Shown: positions 41,283 through 43,547 of the stretch, in pieces | Position numbering within the stretch: the stretch's first letter is position 1 | Layout: each line of letters begins with the position of its first letter | Assembly (NCBI GenBank): GCA_023700825.1 | Contig: JAMPYE010000001.1 | Span: 1-43,547 of the forward strand | Direction of reading: 5' to 3' | DNA: 43,547 nt | Source of the DNA: Thermoanaerobaculia bacterium | GTDB lineage: Bacteria > Acidobacteriota > Thermoanaerobaculia > Gp7-AA8 | Translations under genes and position numbers: made by a program | The notes under the pieces: model-generated | What the model was told of the DNA's origin: nothing | Databases searched by the model: none | What the model saw: the letters and a program-made list of their open reading frames with translations, nothing else

Positions 41283-41408
41283 CTAGAACTCGTCCTCGGT
41301 CTTCGTCTTCGCTCCGGATACGGCCAGTTGTGCGCCGAGCAGCGGCGACGCCTCTCGAGCGAGCACGATCGCCCGGTACGCTTCCTCGGTCAGGTAGTCC
41401 GTGTCCAT
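41283..41408 (-). CDS. Candidate mini-ORF (41 aa), hypothetical
   Basis: Hand translation gives MDTDYLTEEAYRAIVLAREASPLLGAQLAVSGAKTKTEDEF. The SD is weak and support is low. Confidence 0.2.
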   Translation of the reverse strand: MDTDYLTEEAYRAIVLAREASPLLGAQLAVSGAKTKTEDEF

Positions 41409-41554
41409 GAGGCGCCTAACGGTCAGAACTCATGTCACTTGGGGTCAGACCCGAAAAATGAAGTCATTGCCGTCACTGGTCAATGTGTCGCCCGCTCCGA
41501 ACGCTCCGTACTTCAGATCTGTCCCAATGGCCCGGCCCTCTTCCGGGTGAGGAA

Positions 41555-42175
41555 TCAGCGCCGGGGGACGTTTGGCGTGAACAGCGTGAGCTGACTCGGG
41601 TCGGAGGCGGGGTCCGTCGAGGCCACTGAATCGGCCGCGCGCTCGCCGCGCCGCACCGAGAGAACCGCCGCCACGGCGGAGTTGATCCACCGGTTGCGCG
41701 GGACGCCCGCCAGGTCGCGATACGGGACCCTCTTCCTGGCGAGGAGCTCCGCAAGTCGCTCGTCGATGGCGACCTGGAAGTCGTGGTCGGTATCACGTAC
41801 GCCGTCCGACGATGGAAGCCCCGCGCGCGGGACCCTGAGAAGGAGACTGTAGGTCGAGATCCAATCGTCGACGATCCGCTCGGCTGCCGCATTCGGCCCG
41901 GCGGCCTGGTAGAGGTAGGCGTAGTTGTCGAGGACGCTCCGGTCGCAAACCGTGACCGCATGACGCGCCTCGACCTCGAGCTCCTTCGCGATCTGCGTAT
42001 GGAGGATCCAGAGCTGCGCCTTGAGGCTCGTCTCCCGGTTGATCGGGAGCGGACACGCGCGAGCCACCTCCATCACGACCTCGACGTCGAGCCCCTGCTT
42101 CTTGAGCAGCGCCGCGAGTTCGTAGCAGAGCGTCGTCTTCCCGACGCCGTGAGTCCCGATGAACGCGATCTTCAC
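41555..42175 (-). CDS. P-loop NTPase (AAA_28/NadR-kinase-like small ATPase)
   Basis: 206 aa with a GTG start. The Walker A is FIGTHGVGKTT, and a Walker B-like VTVCDRSVLD follows. The C-terminal ~40 aa are low complexity. Confidence 0.6.
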   Translation of the reverse strand: MKIAFIGTHGVGKTTLCYELAALLKKQGLDVEVVMEVARACPLPINRETSLKAQLWILHTQIAKELEVEARHAVTVCDRSVLDNYAYLYQAAGPNAAAERIVDDWISTYSLLLRVPRAGLPSSDGVRDTDHDFQVAIDERLAELLARKRVPYRDLAGVPRNRWINSAVAAVLSVRRGERAADSVASTDPASDPSQLTLFTPNVPRR

Positions 42176-42243
42176 GGCGCGAAGGATATCAGAACTGACG
42201 TTCCCCCGACCTGGGGCAATGCGCTAAGTTAGGCCGCTCGCGC

Positions 42244-42777
42244 TCACTGCGTTTCGCGGGGCCACGGTGTCCGCGGTTCGGCGCAGATGATTCGCTCGTC
42301 TGCGGTTCGGAGGCCTGGCGATTCGATTGCCTCCATGAGCGTGTTCCAAAGCTCGACCGACGATCTCGCCGTAGGCAGGTCGTAGCAAGCAAGCTCCCGG
42401 TCGAACCCGAAGACGAGCCGCTTCACGCCTTTCGGGTCCTGCACTTGGATTCGGTTCTCCCACGTGTCCGTCATCACTGCCAGCCAGACCTCATTTCCGT
42501 GTTTGCGCACGATGTCCGCGACTGCCGCTTCGAGCCCTTCACACTCGGCACGCGAAAGGTATGCGCGATACTCCTCGCTGAGCTGGCCTTTCTCGTAGAT
42601 TCTGAACTGAATAGCGCCCGATCTGGAAATCGTGCCGAAGTAAGCTCCATCCACAGCGACCATTCCCGACGAGCTAAACCGAATCCAATCGGCATCCCGT
42701 GCTGATTGACTCGCGCAGGAAAGGCAAGCGAGTGCGAGGGATGTTGCAACGACGAATGCGCGAGAGAACTTAATCAT
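42244..42777 (-). CDS. Hypothetical lipoprotein
   Basis: 177 aa with a lipobox (LACLSC). ATGA overlap with the upstream lipoprotein gene. Confidence 0.55.
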   Translation of the reverse strand: MIKFSRAFVVATSLALACLSCASQSARDADWIRFSSSGMVAVDGAYFGTISRSGAIQFRIYEKGQLSEEYRAYLSRAECEGLEAAVADIVRKHGNEVWLAVMTDTWENRIQVQDPKGVKRLVFGFDRELACYDLPTARSSVELWNTLMEAIESPGLRTADERIICAEPRTPWPRETQ

Positions 42778-43298
42778 GGCGACCTAACGCCTGGCGCCCA
42801 GCCGGCGCGGCGCGCTTCGCTGATGATACAACCCACGGATACCGTGGCGCGCGCCGGGATCGGCTGCAGCGCCATTGTTAGACGGCCCCAATTTCGCGTT
42901 TCACGGTTTGCACTCACCGGCTTCGGCGGACCTTTGGGGCGGTAGTGATAGTCGCCACCAAGGAAGGACTTCGGCCCTTCGGCGTAACCCTCATGGGTCA
43001 GGAAGTACGCTGGTGTCTCGAGCTCCATGCTGAGCTTCTCGCCTTTGACGAACTGTCGCGGTGGCAGACCTTCCGACGGTACCTTCTGCGTGTAGCCTGC
43101 CGGAACGACTCCGTAGTCGATACGCTCCATCGCGACCGGCGCGCCCTCCGGAGCGACCTGCCAAAGCGTGCTCCCACTGCTATCCAAGACACAAAAATCA
43201 ACGACAGCCGTGGGTTCGGAAACGGTGAGTACATTCTGCTTGTCATGACAAGCAGAGATGAGCAGGATGGCGACGAGCCAGAACGGAGACCGTTTCAT
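42774..43298 (-). CDS. Hypothetical lipoprotein
   Basis: The start is set at the ATG at 43296-43298 (MKRSPFWLVAILLISAC lipobox). I recognise no family. Confidence 0.5.
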   Translation of the reverse strand: MKRSPFWLVAILLISACHDKQNVLTVSEPTAVVDFCVLDSSGSTLWQVAPEGAPVAMERIDYGVVPAGYTQKVPSEGLPPRQFVKGEKLSMELETPAYFLTHEGYAEGPKSFLGGDYHYRPKGPPKPVSANRETRNWGRLTMALQPIPARATVSVGCIISEARRAGWAPGVRSP

Positions 43299-43365
43299 GA
43301 AGTTGTTGGCCAGCACTTGCCGAACGTGAACGATAGATTTTCCGGGTCGCCTAACGTCTGCTGCT

Positions 43366-43436
43366 AAGCGGTTTCTACGCGCCCGCGCAGCTGTGACAGC
43401 CTACAAAAGATTTGAGCGGCGCGTAGAAATCCGCTT
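43366..43436. repeat. Imperfect 18/19-nt inverted repeat (stem-loop) in low-GC non-coding DNA
   Basis: aagcggtttctacgcgcc (43366-43383) pairs with ggcgcgtagaaatccgctt (43418-43436), with one bulged base and a 34-nt loop. Confidence 0.6.
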
Positions 43437-43547
43437 GATCGTACTCTTAGGTGAATCGTAATTGTTAGGGCGAAAATGTAGTGGGGCTCCTCGTCTTCGC
43501 TGTATGGAGCAGCGTCGTCGTTAACTCGAAAGGAGCCCGTCCAAACG

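Noticed and set aside
41445-41690. 81-aa ORF overlapping the 3' end of the P-loop NTPase gene in another frame. It raised the possibility of a frameshift in the NTPase, whose own C-terminus is low complexity.
   Set aside because: I recognise no motif in either alternative C-terminus and have no way to test it without homologues. The NTPase is left as called, and the uncertainty is noted.
114-43547. Idea that TAG is recoded (read-through, Pyl or a sense codon), prompted by two TAG codons followed by open, protein-like frames (37169 and 39200).
   Set aside because: TAG terminates tsf, rpsB, rpsI, rplM, fabZ, mtnP and pldA exactly at their family-typical C-termini. For tsf and rpsI it is followed by terminator hairpins. 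TAG therefore functions as a normal stop here.

Overview
The window is very G+C-rich bacterial chromosome from a diderm organism, judged from lpxA/lpxD/fabZ, an OMPLA-type phospholipase and a pseudopilin. My guess at the lineage (Acidobacteriota, Gemmatimonadota or Myxococcota-like) cannot be verified without a search. All calls come from reading the supplied ORF translations and the DNA by eye. No alignment, profile search or statistics were run.

Gene density is high. Adjacent genes often overlap by 4 nt (ATGA or GTGA), and positions 43316 down to 25970 form an unbroken run of minus-strand genes.

Housekeeping content:
- rplM-rpsI and rpsB-tsf
- ubiE/menG-folD-coaE
- queD, ubiX and nadK
- lpxD-fabZ-lpxA plus a Gfo/Idh/MocA oxidoreductase
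- mtnP, a PfkB kinase and pldA

I saw no rRNA, tRNA, CRISPR array, transposase or integrase.

Main leads, in order of interest:
1. A translationally coupled gene pair at 13949..19158. It encodes a 1045-aa PglX/Eco57I/MmeI-class N6-adenine DNA methyltransferase with no recognisable nuclease, and a compact 691-aa SNF2 (DEAH) helicase. None of the partner genes of BREX, DISARM, Hma or type ISP systems are present. This is my best candidate for an undescribed defence or epigenetic module.
2. A six-gene, overlap-coupled phospholipid head-group operon at 25970..31794. It runs PlsC, CdsA, a CDP-alcohol phosphatidyltransferase, an alpha/beta-hydrolase-methyltransferase fusion, a PAP2-dual-specificity-phosphatase fusion and a small membrane protein. 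Its product is not obvious.
3. A 177-bp low-GC insert inside that operon, bounded by about 30-nt inverted arrays of the heptad TTGTTAG/CTAACAA.
4. An identical CA-rich 15-mer plus AGGAGAT leader module upstream of two envelope genes.
5. A SigR/RsrA-like ECF sigma/ZAS anti-sigma operon. It has a matching GGAAT-N18-GTT promoter, an acidic sigma tail, and an ITPase gene that seems to start at a CTG overlapping the upstream stop.
6. An in-frame TAG splitting a coiled-coil ORF upstream of lpxD.
7. A lower-GC accessory segment of unannotatable secreted, lipoprotein and P-loop genes at the 3' end.

Many very long ORFs in the track are GC-driven antisense shadows and were rejected.
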